DNA from: Stramenopiles sp. TOSAG23-2
Taxonomy: Eukaryota
Length of the DNA stretch: 45,824 bases
Assembly (NCBI GenBank): GCA_900128395.1
Contig: LT649287.1
Coordinates: forward strand, 1 to 45,824
Direction: 5' to 3'
Shown here: piece by piece, positions 13,444 to 23,760 of the stretch
Layout: every line of letters starts with the position of its first letter
Position numbering within the stretch: position 1 is the stretch's first letter
Position numbers and translations under genes: made by a program
The notes under the pieces: generated by a model
What the model saw: the letters and a program-made list of their open reading frames with translations, nothing else
Databases searched by the model: none
Told to the model about the DNA's origin: nothing

Positions 13444-13950
13444 ATGGGAAAGAACGTGGGCTTATTGACTTGGTATGGCAGTACAACAGGAAAAAAAAAT
13501 GGTGATAAATATGCAAAACGAAAACAAACAGGAACAGATGATATAAGAAAATTTGTGAGAAGAAGTTATGAAGAATTGGACAAAAGGTGTAGAGAAGATG
13601 ATAAACGTTTTGGCAACCCCATGAATATGGACAAGAGTACAAGCACAGCCATAATAGATACATATGTATTGCTACAAGAAGCAGAGGCACCAAGGCAACT
13701 ACTCCAAAAAGTTTTGTCTGCAATAGATATTTTGCACCTTGTGAAACGAAAATCAATTTACCAAGTGTATGGCAAGGTACAGGCTGATAGCAGTTTGCGC
13801 CAGTTGCTAGTACAGCCAGAAGAGCAGCAAAGCAATATGCTACAAGACGTCACGGCAGAGGAAATGGCGGTAATGAAAGCCAGCGAGAGTGCTTATTGTT
13901 ATCCAATACATATTGTCTCTCCTCATAACTCTATGGAGTCCCTACGGTAG
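13444..13950 (+). CDS. Hypothetical ~168-aa ORF inside the element relic, possibly an element-derived (gag-like) fragment
   Basis: Open frame (GTG 13432, ATG 13444) in the same purine-rich block as the YR fragment. No recognisable motif. Confidence 0.3.
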   Translation: MGKNVGLLTWYGSTTGKKNGDKYAKRKQTGTDDIRKFVRRSYEELDKRCREDDKRFGNPMNMDKSTSTAIIDTYVLLQEAEAPRQLLQKVLSAIDILHLVKRKSIYQVYGKVQADSSLRQLLVQPEEQQSNMLQDVTAEEMAVMKASESAYCYPIHIVSPHNSMESLR

Positions 13951-14354
13951 CTAGAGCTACGCTACCTGGCCCGCTGGGGCCTCCAGGAGAGCAGTACAGT
14001 GTTGAGGGATTTCTTGCATTTTTTATTGTTCCTAATAGGGTTACAATACTATTCCTATACTAATACTATAGAAAAAAAAAACATCAGCAATAATGCAATG
14101 ATACAATGATACTAATACTGTACTAAAAATGTAGAATGTCAAAACCAACCATTTTCCATTTTTCCAAAAAGCATGCCACTTGCTTAACACAAACAAAAGA
14201 GTATTGTCAACAACAAGAATAAAAAGGAGATACAAAAAATTAATACAAAGGAACAATAGATATTTATTAAATATATATATATATTTAATAATTATTTCAA
14301 ATTTTTTAAAGAATAAGGGGGGTGGATTAGAAAAAAAGAACCAGAAAAAAAAAA

Positions 14355-15569
14355 ATGCCAAGGCGAAAATCAAAAACACAATCGAAAATCAAAATGAATG
14401 TACGAATTATTACGTACAATGTATTATCGTCACACTTACGTGATCCAAAACGTTTTACTAAATGTACAACAAAAGCTTTAGATCCAAATGGCAGTTACAG
14501 AAAGCTAATCAAACGATTAGATTCTGAAATTTCAGACCTATCTGGTGCTGCCTCAAAACCTGTATTTTGTTTACAAGAAGTTTCGCGTTTATGGGCTGGT
14601 AATTTAACAGCATGGTTTAATGCAAGAAATTATACGTTTATACCAAGTTTATATGGAAGAGAGTTTAATGGTTATATGGGTTGTGCAATTGCCGTTCCAA
14701 TGGATGCATTTAGTATTACGGATTGCAAAATTGATCGATTATCTGAAACGAAAAAATTTTGGCCAGTTGATCCTGCAGAAGAATTTGCATATAAAAATAG
14801 GTTTAAGAAAAAGAAAAGTTCTTCAAAGAAAAATGATAGTGATGACAAAGGTTGGTGGGCAACATTTTGTGAGTTATTTAGTAGTAGTAGTAGTACTGAA
14901 AAAAACAACGATAATAACAACAACGACAGTAAAACAGTAGAAGAGGAAGAAATCCCAAAACCACATGAAGAAAAAATTGCAGAATATTGGCATAAGGCAA
15001 AATATAGACATAATACGGTTATTGCTGTGCAACTATCAACATCAAAAGGTGGTAAATTTTGGATTGGTAATTATCATATGCCATGTGCATTTTGGAGTCC
15101 ACCAATAATGTCTATACATACGGCATTGTTAGGGCAATATATGGAAACATTATCGAAAAATGATAAAATACCATTTGTGTTAGCAGGTGATTTTAATTTT
15201 TCGCCTGAGAAAGCACAATATGAAATCATGGTAAATGGCAAATTATCTGCACTTTCAACAGATGCAATGCCTGTATTTCCGTCATGGTGGGATTCAAACT
15301 GGAAACCAACATTGAAATGTGGTTTACGATCAGCATATAAAGAACATTTTGGTGAAGAACCAGATTGTACAAATTATGCATTTATTGATCCAGGTCCAGA
15401 TCCATTCATCGATACGTTGGATTATATTTTTCTATCAAAAAATATTAATGTTCTTGATGCAAGAGAATTGCCAAATCGTTTAGATATTAATGGGCCAATG
15501 CCAAATAAAAAATTTGAATCTGATCATTTATTATTATGCAGTGATTTAGAGATTACATCAAGTTTGTAA
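14355..15569 (+). CDS. Endonuclease/exonuclease/phosphatase (EEP) family protein, CCR4/nocturnin/angel-like
   Basis: Motifs TYNVL, CLQEV, NYH, GDFN, TLDYIF and SDH in canonical order. Confidence 0.92.
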   Translation: MPRRKSKTQSKIKMNVRIITYNVLSSHLRDPKRFTKCTTKALDPNGSYRKLIKRLDSEISDLSGAASKPVFCLQEVSRLWAGNLTAWFNARNYTFIPSLYGREFNGYMGCAIAVPMDAFSITDCKIDRLSETKKFWPVDPAEEFAYKNRFKKKKSSSKKNDSDDKGWWATFCELFSSSSSTEKNNDNNNNDSKTVEEEEIPKPHEEKIAEYWHKAKYRHNTVIAVQLSTSKGGKFWIGNYHMPCAFWSPPIMSIHTALLGQYMETLSKNDKIPFVLAGDFNFSPEKAQYEIMVNGKLSALSTDAMPVFPSWWDSNWKPTLKCGLRSAYKEHFGEEPDCTNYAFIDPGPDPFIDTLDYIFLSKNINVLDARELPNRLDINGPMPNKKFESDHLLLCSDLEITSSL

Positions 15570-15813
15570 AATGCGTATAATATGATATATTATGATAAAA
15601 AAGATGTGTACATAATTATGAAATAATCAATAATTCGTATACGACGAGCACGTAAAAATTAAAAAAATGTGTGTGTGTGTGTGCAATGCGGTTCATTACA
15701 TGTAAAAATTATCAGTTAAAATACGTATTATACACGTAAAATTAATATATTTTTAAGGGAGTCTTCTCTCTCTCTTTTTTTATTCCCTTGTGTACACGCG
15801 CCGTAATTTTTTT

Positions 15814-18800
15814 TTAATCTCGCTGCTGTATCAAACCAACTGCATGTGAAGGATTGGCAGTCGGTGTACGAATACTGAATTGCCTTGTCCCTAATTCAAT
15901 TATACCACCACTTTTAGTAACTTGTATTTCCCTACCATTGCGTCGATTACCATTGTTTGAAGCAACACATTTTTTAATAGCATAACGACAGACTAGACAA
16001 AGAATCAAACTACCCACAACAATAATAATCACTATCTCCGCTTTCAATGCCTCAGGTTTACTACAACCATCTACATCATAATTTTTTTCAGTTGAACAGT
16101 ATTCTTCTTTAGTCATATTCAATGCACATGCATTACAAGCTGCATTGTGTGCCATGCAACATGCCCTGCCAATTTCATCAGCAGGCTTTGATTCTTTCTT
16201 ACATCCCTTGTAATTTGCATGATTTTCGCAAAATTCTTTCACAGTAACTCCAAGTTGACATGCACGGCATGAAGCTATGAGCGCACGGCAGCACATTTTT
16301 GGAGGAGTTGATGTGGAGGAAGGCATTGCTGTTGTGGTTGTTATTGTAGAAGGTACCGATGCTGATGTGGTTGTTATTGTAGAAGGTACCGATGCTGATG
16401 TGGTTGTTATTGCAGAAGGTACCGATGCTGGTGTGGATGTAGTACCAGTCTCACATCCCGTATAATTTGCATGATTTTCGCAAAATTCTTTCACAGTAAC
16501 TCCAAGTTGACATGCACGGCATGAAGCTATGAGCGCACGGCAGCACATTTTTGGAGGAGTTGATGTGGAGGAAGGCATTGCTGTTGTGGTTGTTATTGTA
16601 GAAGGTACCGATGCTGATGTGGTTGTTATTGTAGAAGGTACCGATGCTGATGTGGTTGTTATTGCAGAAGGTACCGATGCTGGTGTGGATGTAGTACCAG
16701 TCTCACATCCCGTATAATTTGCATGATTTTCGCAAAATTCTTTCACAGTAACTCCAAGTTGACATGCACGGCATGAAGCTATGAGCGCATGGCAGCACAT
16801 ATTTGGAGGAGTTGATGTGGAGGAAGGCATTGTTGTTGTGGTTGTTATTGTAGAAGGTACCGATGCTGATGTGGATGTAGTACTACTATCCAATGACGAT
16901 GATGTTGATGTTGTAGGAGCCATTGTTGCAGCTGTTGTGGTTGATGATGCTGTTTTTGTTGTTGTTCCAGCTATGATTGCAGCTGATGTAGTAGTTGTAC
17001 TACTAGAGGATATGGCTGTTGTTGTTTTTGTCATTATTGGAGCTAATGTTGTTGTTGCTGTTGCTGTTGATGATGATAAGTCTCTTCTTTGACACACTCT
17101 CTTTGGGCAATTGGTTGTAGCTAACATTACCTCTAATGTTGGTTTTTGACATCCAGTATCAGCACATTCTTTAGAATATAATTTCAAGTTAGCTGTATTT
17201 TGTGTGGATGTTAAACCAAATGTAAACACATCAATATTGTTAGAATATATGCTTTCAATGTAAGCTTTTACATCAAATGTAACAATCGATGATGCGACTA
17301 AATTTGTCTGGCTTTGTAAACGTTCTTCCCAACCATTTGGATGATTTAAACCAGTAATAACCATTTCATCCCAAACAGTATCATTCATACTCCACAACGA
17401 TAATTCATCTATATCCTTATCAGTATAAACTTGCATTTTCAAAGTTGCACCTTTCACTAAAATGTCGCATCCACTATTTTTCAAATCAGTTGTAACATCA
17501 TTCACTAATGAAAAACGTAAATATGAAGTAATACGTTGAGTATTAGCACTAAGTTCATCTCGTACTCTCAACACTTGTGTATTACCAAAGTTGCTGTTTT
17601 GTTTACTGGTATCATCTTCATAAACTGCAGCATCATCTGTTGGTATTATCAATACAGTGGCATCTTCTTTCTTTGGAACTGTAAAACTCCATGTTGGAGA
17701 AGTTTTTGTACTACCATCTGCAAACATGGCACGAACTCGCCACTGGATCACAACATTTTGTTCCCATGTACAATTTGAAAAAATATTATTTTTGCCATAA
17801 AATGTTTCTTGCAATTCAAATGAACTTGTTGTATCATTATATAATTCCAATTCATGTTTAACAGCATTACGAGCATGTAAAAACATCAAATCAGCATCAT
17901 ACTTGACACTATTTGAATTGTCCGGGGGGATTGGGAATGATGGCACAGTATCTTGATATCCAGGTATAAAATAATACAGGTCGCCATATTCATATGCACC
18001 AATATCTACCGTACTGCCAAGATGTCGATTGCCATTATCATAAGATGAAATAGCATCACTATTGCCTTTATCAATTAAACTACTTGAATCTTTTCTTGGT
18101 CTAAAGTCATAATTTTTATAATCTCGTAATAAATTCCGAACTTTTGGTGTATTTACAAATTCATTATAATTAAATTGTGCATTGTACTTTGCATACGATG
18201 TAATGTCTAAATTACCAGTAGCTAAGCCAGTAATTGTTCCACCTGCATTATTTACCACGACAGATCTATCCCCGATTGGTTGGCATGATTGATCTGCTGG
18301 ATAATATCGTAATATCTGTAAATCTTCACTTTGCCATGACTCAAAGACTAAATTGTTATAAAAAATGTGATCATTTCCTTTTGATTTAATTCCACCTAAT
18401 GCTCCGTAAACAACATTATGATGCATTGTACCATTATCACCATAAATGCAATCATCCCCACTATCAAAACGCAAACCAAGTTTACGTGTATTCATAACCC
18501 AGTTATATGCATATACAGTACCACGTTGTACTAATGAGGATGCTTGCAATGCTGCTCCATCATGCTGCACTAAGCCCATGTTCGTAAAGTAATTATACTC
18601 TGCAATTGGTCTTTGAGAACATTCACCAGTAAACTCTTCAAATGCCATTGTTGTTGGATTTGTTGCAGTTTGTCCATTTGCCATTTTGCAATATTTAAAA
18701 AAGTCATTTTTATCTGTTTCAATAGAACCAGGTGTGTTTAATCCGGCAGATGCACCAGCTGTATCAATTGTATTTCTAGAAAATGTAATTGGCCCAGTTT

Positions 18801-20082
18801 TAGTGTTTGTTAATATCGTGAAGGAATAACCAACTCCACTATAATCAATATGATTGAAGTAATTATTGTAAACAGTATCTAATCCTGAATTTGAGAACGA
18901 TAATGCAGCATTATCGGTATATTGAAATTTATTATTTTTCCATGTACTATTTGTGCGATATCCGATTTTACTTCCAACGGCAGTTGGTGCAGCGCCAGTA
19001 AATTTTAATTGATTTTTATTACCATTGTACCAACTTCCAGTTGGGTTATAATTTCCTTTTACTTGAGCCAATGCTCGTTTGGAAAATGATGGGTACAAAA
19101 AGTCTGAATTTAAAACAGTACAAGAGGTACTTTCCCACATAACTATTGTAGTGCCAAAAAATTGCAAACCATTTATATTGATATTGGAACATGCATTTAA
19201 TACTATACCATATGTAACATTTTTACCATAGATATTAACATTGTTTGGATTTTGATCTGCAACATTTGGTGAGCGCAATAATATTTTCTTAGTAGTTTGA
19301 TTGTATGCCCATTCGCCTGCCGCATCGATTAATTGTGGACAAAATTCTAAATAATATCTACCTTTTCCATCTCCAGGATGCCGAGCAGCTGGTTTTCCCG
19401 CACCAGCATTAAGAGTGTCATATTGAAAGGTGTTGCTGCCAGCAGTATGATTTTCTACAATAGCTTCCATCGTTTTCCAATGACCATTGTTAATAACAGC
19501 GACACATCCATTCATATTTTTATTTGTGTCTGCTAGTGATTGATTACTTGGTAGTTTTGAATAATCATCTGTTAAATTACCAAAACTAGAATCTAGTGAT
19601 TCGTACCTCCAGCCACCATAATCTCTATTGTATCCTTGAGTTGTCCATGGCGCGCCGTTTGGCCATCGTGCTGGTGGTAAATGCAAACGACTATCAGACC
19701 AAAATAATTGCCATACAGTCTGTGGTTCTGTTGTTTCCCATAAATTCGTTAATGGAGATGATGTTTTTAACGTCCAACCGCCTTGAATCTTTGCCGTTCC
19801 ATCAATAATTGGGATTTCATTATTGTATGCCAATAGATTCAAATTACTATAACCTGTTAATACAACACTTTCCGAAATATAATATCGACCGCCTCTTAAG
19901 AAACATGTGCCACCTGAACCAGCTAATTCAGCACACCTTGTTATTGTTAACACTGGCACGGAAATGTCATTTCCATCATTTGTATCCAACCCGGAAGGCG
20001 ATACATAAATCTCATTTGCAGCTTGAATAACGCCAATAAATATTGACAATATGAGAATATTAATAATTAATAATGACATCAT
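15814..20082 (-). CDS. Type I membrane CAZyme-like protein: signal peptide, right-handed beta-helix domain, DNRLRE/CBM96-like module, Thr/Ser stalk, four Cys-rich repeats, TM
   Basis: Signal MMSLLIINILILSIFIGVIQA. Cap motif YVSPSGxDxNDG…LRGGRY; ARWPN; Asn-ladder repeats; DFRP…LIDKG…DIGAYEY; PTDDAAV…NFG…LRV…SYLRF; TM IVIIIVVGSLILCLVC. Confidence 0.85.
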   Translation of the reverse strand: MMSLLIINILILSIFIGVIQAANEIYVSPSGLDTNDGNDISVPVLTITRCAELAGSGGTCFLRGGRYYISESVVLTGYSNLNLLAYNNEIPIIDGTAKIQGGWTLKTSSPLTNLWETTEPQTVWQLFWSDSRLHLPPARWPNGAPWTTQGYNRDYGGWRYESLDSSFGNLTDDYSKLPSNQSLADTNKNMNGCVAVINNGHWKTMEAIVENHTAGSNTFQYDTLNAGAGKPAARHPGDGKGRYYLEFCPQLIDAAGEWAYNQTTKKILLRSPNVADQNPNNVNIYGKNVTYGIVLNACSNININGLQFFGTTIVMWESTSCTVLNSDFLYPSFSKRALAQVKGNYNPTGSWYNGNKNQLKFTGAAPTAVGSKIGYRTNSTWKNNKFQYTDNAALSFSNSGLDTVYNNYFNHIDYSGVGYSFTILTNTKTGPITFSRNTIDTAGASAGLNTPGSIETDKNDFFKYCKMANGQTATNPTTMAFEEFTGECSQRPIAEYNYFTNMGLVQHDGAALQASSLVQRGTVYAYNWVMNTRKLGLRFDSGDDCIYGDNGTMHHNVVYGALGGIKSKGNDHIFYNNLVFESWQSEDLQILRYYPADQSCQPIGDRSVVVNNAGGTITGLATGNLDITSYAKYNAQFNYNEFVNTPKVRNLLRDYKNYDFRPRKDSSSLIDKGNSDAISSYDNGNRHLGSTVDIGAYEYGDLYYFIPGYQDTVPSFPIPPDNSNSVKYDADLMFLHARNAVKHELELYNDTTSSFELQETFYGKNNIFSNCTWEQNVVIQWRVRAMFADGSTKTSPTWSFTVPKKEDATVLIIPTDDAAVYEDDTSKQNSNFGNTQVLRVRDELSANTQRITSYLRFSLVNDVTTDLKNSGCDILVKGATLKMQVYTDKDIDELSLWSMNDTVWDEMVITGLNHPNGWEERLQSQTNLVASSIVTFDVKAYIESIYSNNIDVFTFGLTSTQNTANLKLYSKECADTGCQKPTLEVMLATTNCPKRVCQRRDLSSSTATATTTLAPIMTKTTTAISSSSTTTTSAAIIAGTTTKTASSTTTAATMAPTTSTSSSLDSSTTSTSASVPSTITTTTTMPSSTSTPPNMCCHALIASCRACQLGVTVKEFCENHANYTGCETGTTSTPASVPSAITTTSASVPSTITTTSASVPSTITTTTAMPSSTSTPPKMCCRALIASCRACQLGVTVKEFCENHANYTGCETGTTSTPASVPSAITTTSASVPSTITTTSASVPSTITTTTAMPSSTSTPPKMCCRALIASCRACQLGVTVKEFCENHANYKGCKKESKPADEIGRACCMAHNAACNACALNMTKEEYCSTEKNYDVDGCSKPEALKAEIVIIIVVGSLILCLVCRYAIKKCVASNNGNRRNGREIQVTKSGGIIELGTRQFSIRTPTANPSHAVGLIQQRD
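16211..16870. repeat. Intragenic 252-bp tandem repeat (~2.6 copies) with nested 33-bp units
   Basis: Copies start at 16211, 16463 and 16715 and are near-identical. The inner 33-bp unit encodes TTTSASVPSTI. Confidence 0.95.
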
Positions 20083-20581
20083 CGTGTGCTGTTATTTAGA
20101 CCTATCTCTCTCTATATATATATATATATTAAATCTTTTTATTGCTACGGATTGGTTGATATTTATAGTTTTAATTTCATTATTGGATTGGATAAAAGAT
20201 ATGTTTTTGTGCTTTTTTCTTTCTTTTTTTTAATAATTTCGAAGATTTAGATTTGGTGTTTATGTTGGTGTGGCAGGGTGTGCCTCTCCCGATGCTATTA
20301 TATTTGCATGTATTATATTATATATGTAATATGTACATAACACCAAAAAAATCATCAAAAACAAAACCATGATTGATGAACACAAAACACAAAGCTACAC
20401 ATGGAACCTGGCCAAAATATGGAAAAACAACGGTTTGGGATCATCAATGGTTTGCATTGGAGAAGACCTAGTAGTAGGTATTGATGATAGTGGCGAACCG
20501 AAAAAAAGATATAATATAATTTTTTGTGTACATAAAAAATGAAAGGAAAGGAGGGAGAGAAATTTTGTGTCAAAAAAAATT

Positions 20582-20603
20582 ACACACACACACACACACA
20601 CAC
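20582..20603. repeat. (AC)n microsatellite just 3' of SAS10
   Basis: AC dinucleotide run; similar runs occur near 15668 and 35556. Confidence 0.9.
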
Positions 20604-20621
20604 GAAAGTATTAAATTTTAT

Positions 20622-22991
20622 TTAATTCATCTTTCTACTCCTGGCTAAATCACTTCTAATACCAGTATCTTCACCACCATAACGATCTGTTTCACCAGTT
20701 CTAACTTGTCTAATTTGACCTTTAATTCTTTTTGACATACGTTCATATTGTTTACGTTTTCTTACACGTGGATTCCTATATTCTTTCTTCTTATGTGCGG
20801 TTAATCCTTTATTTTTTAATATTTGATAATTAGCTTTTCGTACACCATCATCATCCTCGTCCTCATCATCATCATCAAATGTTGGAGTATATCCATACAT
20901 AGCTTCTTTGGCATCTCGTTTCTCATCACGTTTTCGTTTTGCAGATTTATATACTTCATCCTCCTCCTCTCCCATTCCCATTGATGGTCCCGTAAAGGAT
21001 CCCAATCCACCCATGCCAAAATGTGTATTCATACCATCATCCTCATCATTTGCACTGAAACCAGCGCCAGCAAATTTCTGGCTATGGCGTGACATTTCCT
21101 GTTGTGCTCGCCTGGCCACGTCTTTTGGATTTCTAAATTCAACATCGGCATCTCCGCTAATACGACCATTTCCTTTACGCATATTACGTTGTTCTTGTTC
21201 CAATTGGTTTAATTGTGCTTTCAATGCACGGCGTCGATCCCATTCTAATTTGGCCATCTTCTCCGTCTCTGTTTCCTCGTTCATCAATTCGTCAATACGA
21301 TCAAAATCATCGAAGTTTCCTAATGTTGTCCCTACCATGTTCTTCTTTCTTTCAGCCGCTTTTCGTTGTTTTTTCAATTTTTTACCAACAACTAATCGTG
21401 TCATATATTCCTCCTCAAATCTCTCACGCTCTTTTTCTATGCGGTCTAAACGTGCATCTCCCGTTCGTTCCTCTTGCAATTCTTCCGGTCTTTCGCTCAA
21501 TTCATTTGCCAATTCAGATATCATGCGACTGTTTTTCAATTGACGTTTACGACGTTCATCTTTACGCTGTGCCTTTGCTTGTGCACTTTCATCATCATAG
21601 TATTGCACAGCCATTCGTTTTGGCGGTTGGTATACATGATTATTATTATTATTATTATTATTATTCCCATTATAGCCATTGCTGCTACTAATATCAACAT
21701 TATCATCATTTAAGCCTGATGGACCTACTAAATTTGACATATCTGGCCTGAAATTTAAACCATCTTCCTCATCATGTATTACATTACTAATATTATTGTT
21801 ACTATTAGCTGCATTACGATGGTGTTGATCAATGGCATTCGATGTCGTTGCAGCAATCTTTAATAATTTATCAATTTGATATTTCAATTTAGCATCTAAT
21901 GGACGCAATTTTTCCATTGTCAGACGCAATTTTACTAAATGACTTACAACTGGATGATCTTTAACAGAACGTCCAGCTGCTTTTAATACTAAATAAAAGC
22001 CCAAATTAATGCAATAATTCAATATTAAATGTAATTTTGTTTCTAAATACGACAGTCCATTTTCAGTTACTATTGAACCATCTTCATTCTCCTCGCGTTT
22101 TATTTTTGCTAGCAATGGTTCAATTAATTCTTTCAACTCTGTTGATTTTGAATGAAAATCTTCCAATAATGGGGCTAATTCAGGTGCATCTCTCAATACA
22201 ATTTCCATTTTCTTATCTTTTGTTACCTGATTGCCATTTTGATTTGAGTTCCTTTTCTTATTTTTTATTACTTCAACAGTAGTTACCCCATTATTATTAC
22301 CACTAGAAAAATCAATAGAGTCTAATGTTTGATTAACTTCTTTCAAAGCAGTTGCTTCATCTGGCAACTTTTTCCTTTGTTTCTTTTTCTTAGACTTTTT
22401 TTTTTTCGAAGCTTTTTTGTTTTTTTTCTTTTTTTCTGCACTTTCATCATCCAAGTCAGAATTGCTATCGTCGTCATCATCATCCGAATCATCCTCAGAA
22501 GATGAAGAATCATCAGATAGGCCATAATCATTTTCATGAATATCAGCGAACTCCTCCTTTTGTAATCTCGATGCTTCCTCGACTACCATCTCTTCATCCT
22601 CGCTATTTTGTGCATAGTCACTGTCATCTTCGCCATAAAAATCTTTCTTCTTGCCCCATGCTTTGTCGTCTGGTAAATCGTTCCTATCTTTATTATATTT
22701 ATTTGGTAAAATATCACGATTATCATCTTCATCATCGCTATCGCTATCACTAGAGCTGCTGCTACTACTGCTGCTAATATTACCATTAGCATTTAAATCA
22801 AAAACAGCAGCATTGCCACCATCAACATCAATATCATCATCTGACGAATCATCTTGGACACCAGCATTTTTTAACATAATTTGGCTTCTTTGTTCATGAA
22901 ACTCATCAACTTCATTATACATATTTTCACGTGAAATCCCCGTACCATTATGTCCCTTAGATTTGCGATTTTTATTTTTTCTTCCCGGCAT
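20622..22991 (-). CDS. SAS10: Sas10/Utp3 SSU processome component
   Basis: DEVDEFH, AWGKKKDFY, central YLETKLHLILNYCINLGFYL…DHPVV…L…MEKL, and C-terminal ILKNKGLT…RNPRVRKR…YGGEDTGIR. The likely start is MPGRKNK at 22991. Confidence 0.93.
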   Translation of the reverse strand: MPGRKNKNRKSKGHNGTGISRENMYNEVDEFHEQRSQIMLKNAGVQDDSSDDDIDVDGGNAAVFDLNANGNISSSSSSSSSDSDSDDEDDNRDILPNKYNKDRNDLPDDKAWGKKKDFYGEDDSDYAQNSEDEEMVVEEASRLQKEEFADIHENDYGLSDDSSSSEDDSDDDDDDSNSDLDDESAEKKKKNKKASKKKKSKKKKQRKKLPDEATALKEVNQTLDSIDFSSGNNNGVTTVEVIKNKKRNSNQNGNQVTKDKKMEIVLRDAPELAPLLEDFHSKSTELKELIEPLLAKIKREENEDGSIVTENGLSYLETKLHLILNYCINLGFYLVLKAAGRSVKDHPVVSHLVKLRLTMEKLRPLDAKLKYQIDKLLKIAATTSNAIDQHHRNAANSNNNISNVIHDEEDGLNFRPDMSNLVGPSGLNDDNVDISSSNGYNGNNNNNNNNNHVYQPPKRMAVQYYDDESAQAKAQRKDERRKRQLKNSRMISELANELSERPEELQEERTGDARLDRIEKERERFEEEYMTRLVVGKKLKKQRKAAERKKNMVGTTLGNFDDFDRIDELMNEETETEKMAKLEWDRRRALKAQLNQLEQEQRNMRKGNGRISGDADVEFRNPKDVARRAQQEMSRHSQKFAGAGFSANDEDDGMNTHFGMGGLGSFTGPSMGMGEEEDEVYKSAKRKRDEKRDAKEAMYGYTPTFDDDDEDEDDDGVRKANYQILKNKGLTAHKKKEYRNPRVRKRKQYERMSKRIKGQIRQVRTGETDRYGGEDTGIRSDLARSRKMN

Positions 22992-23760
22992 CTTTTTATA
23001 ATTTATCGTGTTTATATATCTATATCTATATATGATTGTATCAAATATACTACACAAAACCCTTTTTTTTTTTTTGTCTTCTTTTTCAATATAGTAAATA
23101 TATTCCCCCAACTGTACTCTCATCCATAATTATATATATAAATATGTCTCTAATCTATAAGTATATACATGTGAGTGAATTTATTAATATTGTTGGCATC
23201 ACATTTTAAAAACAAATAGCAGGCACATAGCACCAGGAACACCTCTAGGGAAATCCACGGAAATCAAGCTATAGGCAAGGAAGAAATGGATGGACTCGAT
23301 TGATCGAGGAAGGAGAGAGCAGGAAAACCCCGAACCTATCAGGAGTTGTTTAATAGAATAGTTTTATGTTACCAAAATGAAAATTTAATAGTAATAATAT
23401 CCGAGATTTAGTAATAAAATATTCATATTAAATAATGTTCTAGATGATTACTTTTTGGATGATAAAATTTCTGAAATTTTATCGATTTTTTTCATTAGTA
23501 TCCCCGGCCTTCTTCTTCGTAAAATGTTTGCGAATATTGAGGATCTCACACCACAATATATATATGTATAGATAGATAGATATCTGTGTGTGTTTCTCTA
23601 TGTGTGTGAAAATATATTCTGGATATCAATAAAAATATTGTAGCGGAATACTTTGTAAATAATATTATACAGAAGGAAAATTTTTTATATTTGTAAAAAA
23701 AGCATAAATTACATATATATACATATATATATAGATAGATATATATTTAAATAATATAAA

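Noticed and set aside
14041-14443. Short hydrophobic or Lys-rich ORFs in AT-rich spacers (also 20355-20601, 27763-28330, 33676-34099, 36832-37032)
   Set aside because: Composition reflects homopolymers and microsatellites; no motifs.
16211-16870. CRISPR-like periodicity
   Set aside because: The repeats are in-frame coding units without unique spacers, the context is eukaryotic, and there are no cas genes.
20908-21543. Antisense/shadow ORFs here and at 5567-6214, 25476-25970, 16277-17092 and similar places
   Set aside because: They overlap well-supported genes and mirror their low-complexity codons.
22992-23123. N-terminal extension of the SAS10 ORF
   Set aside because: Low-complexity poly-A/TA leader; MPGRKNK is a more typical start.
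23220-23345. Possible U3 or other snoRNA between the Ribi genes
   Set aside because: No recognisable box A/C/D arrangement on either strand.
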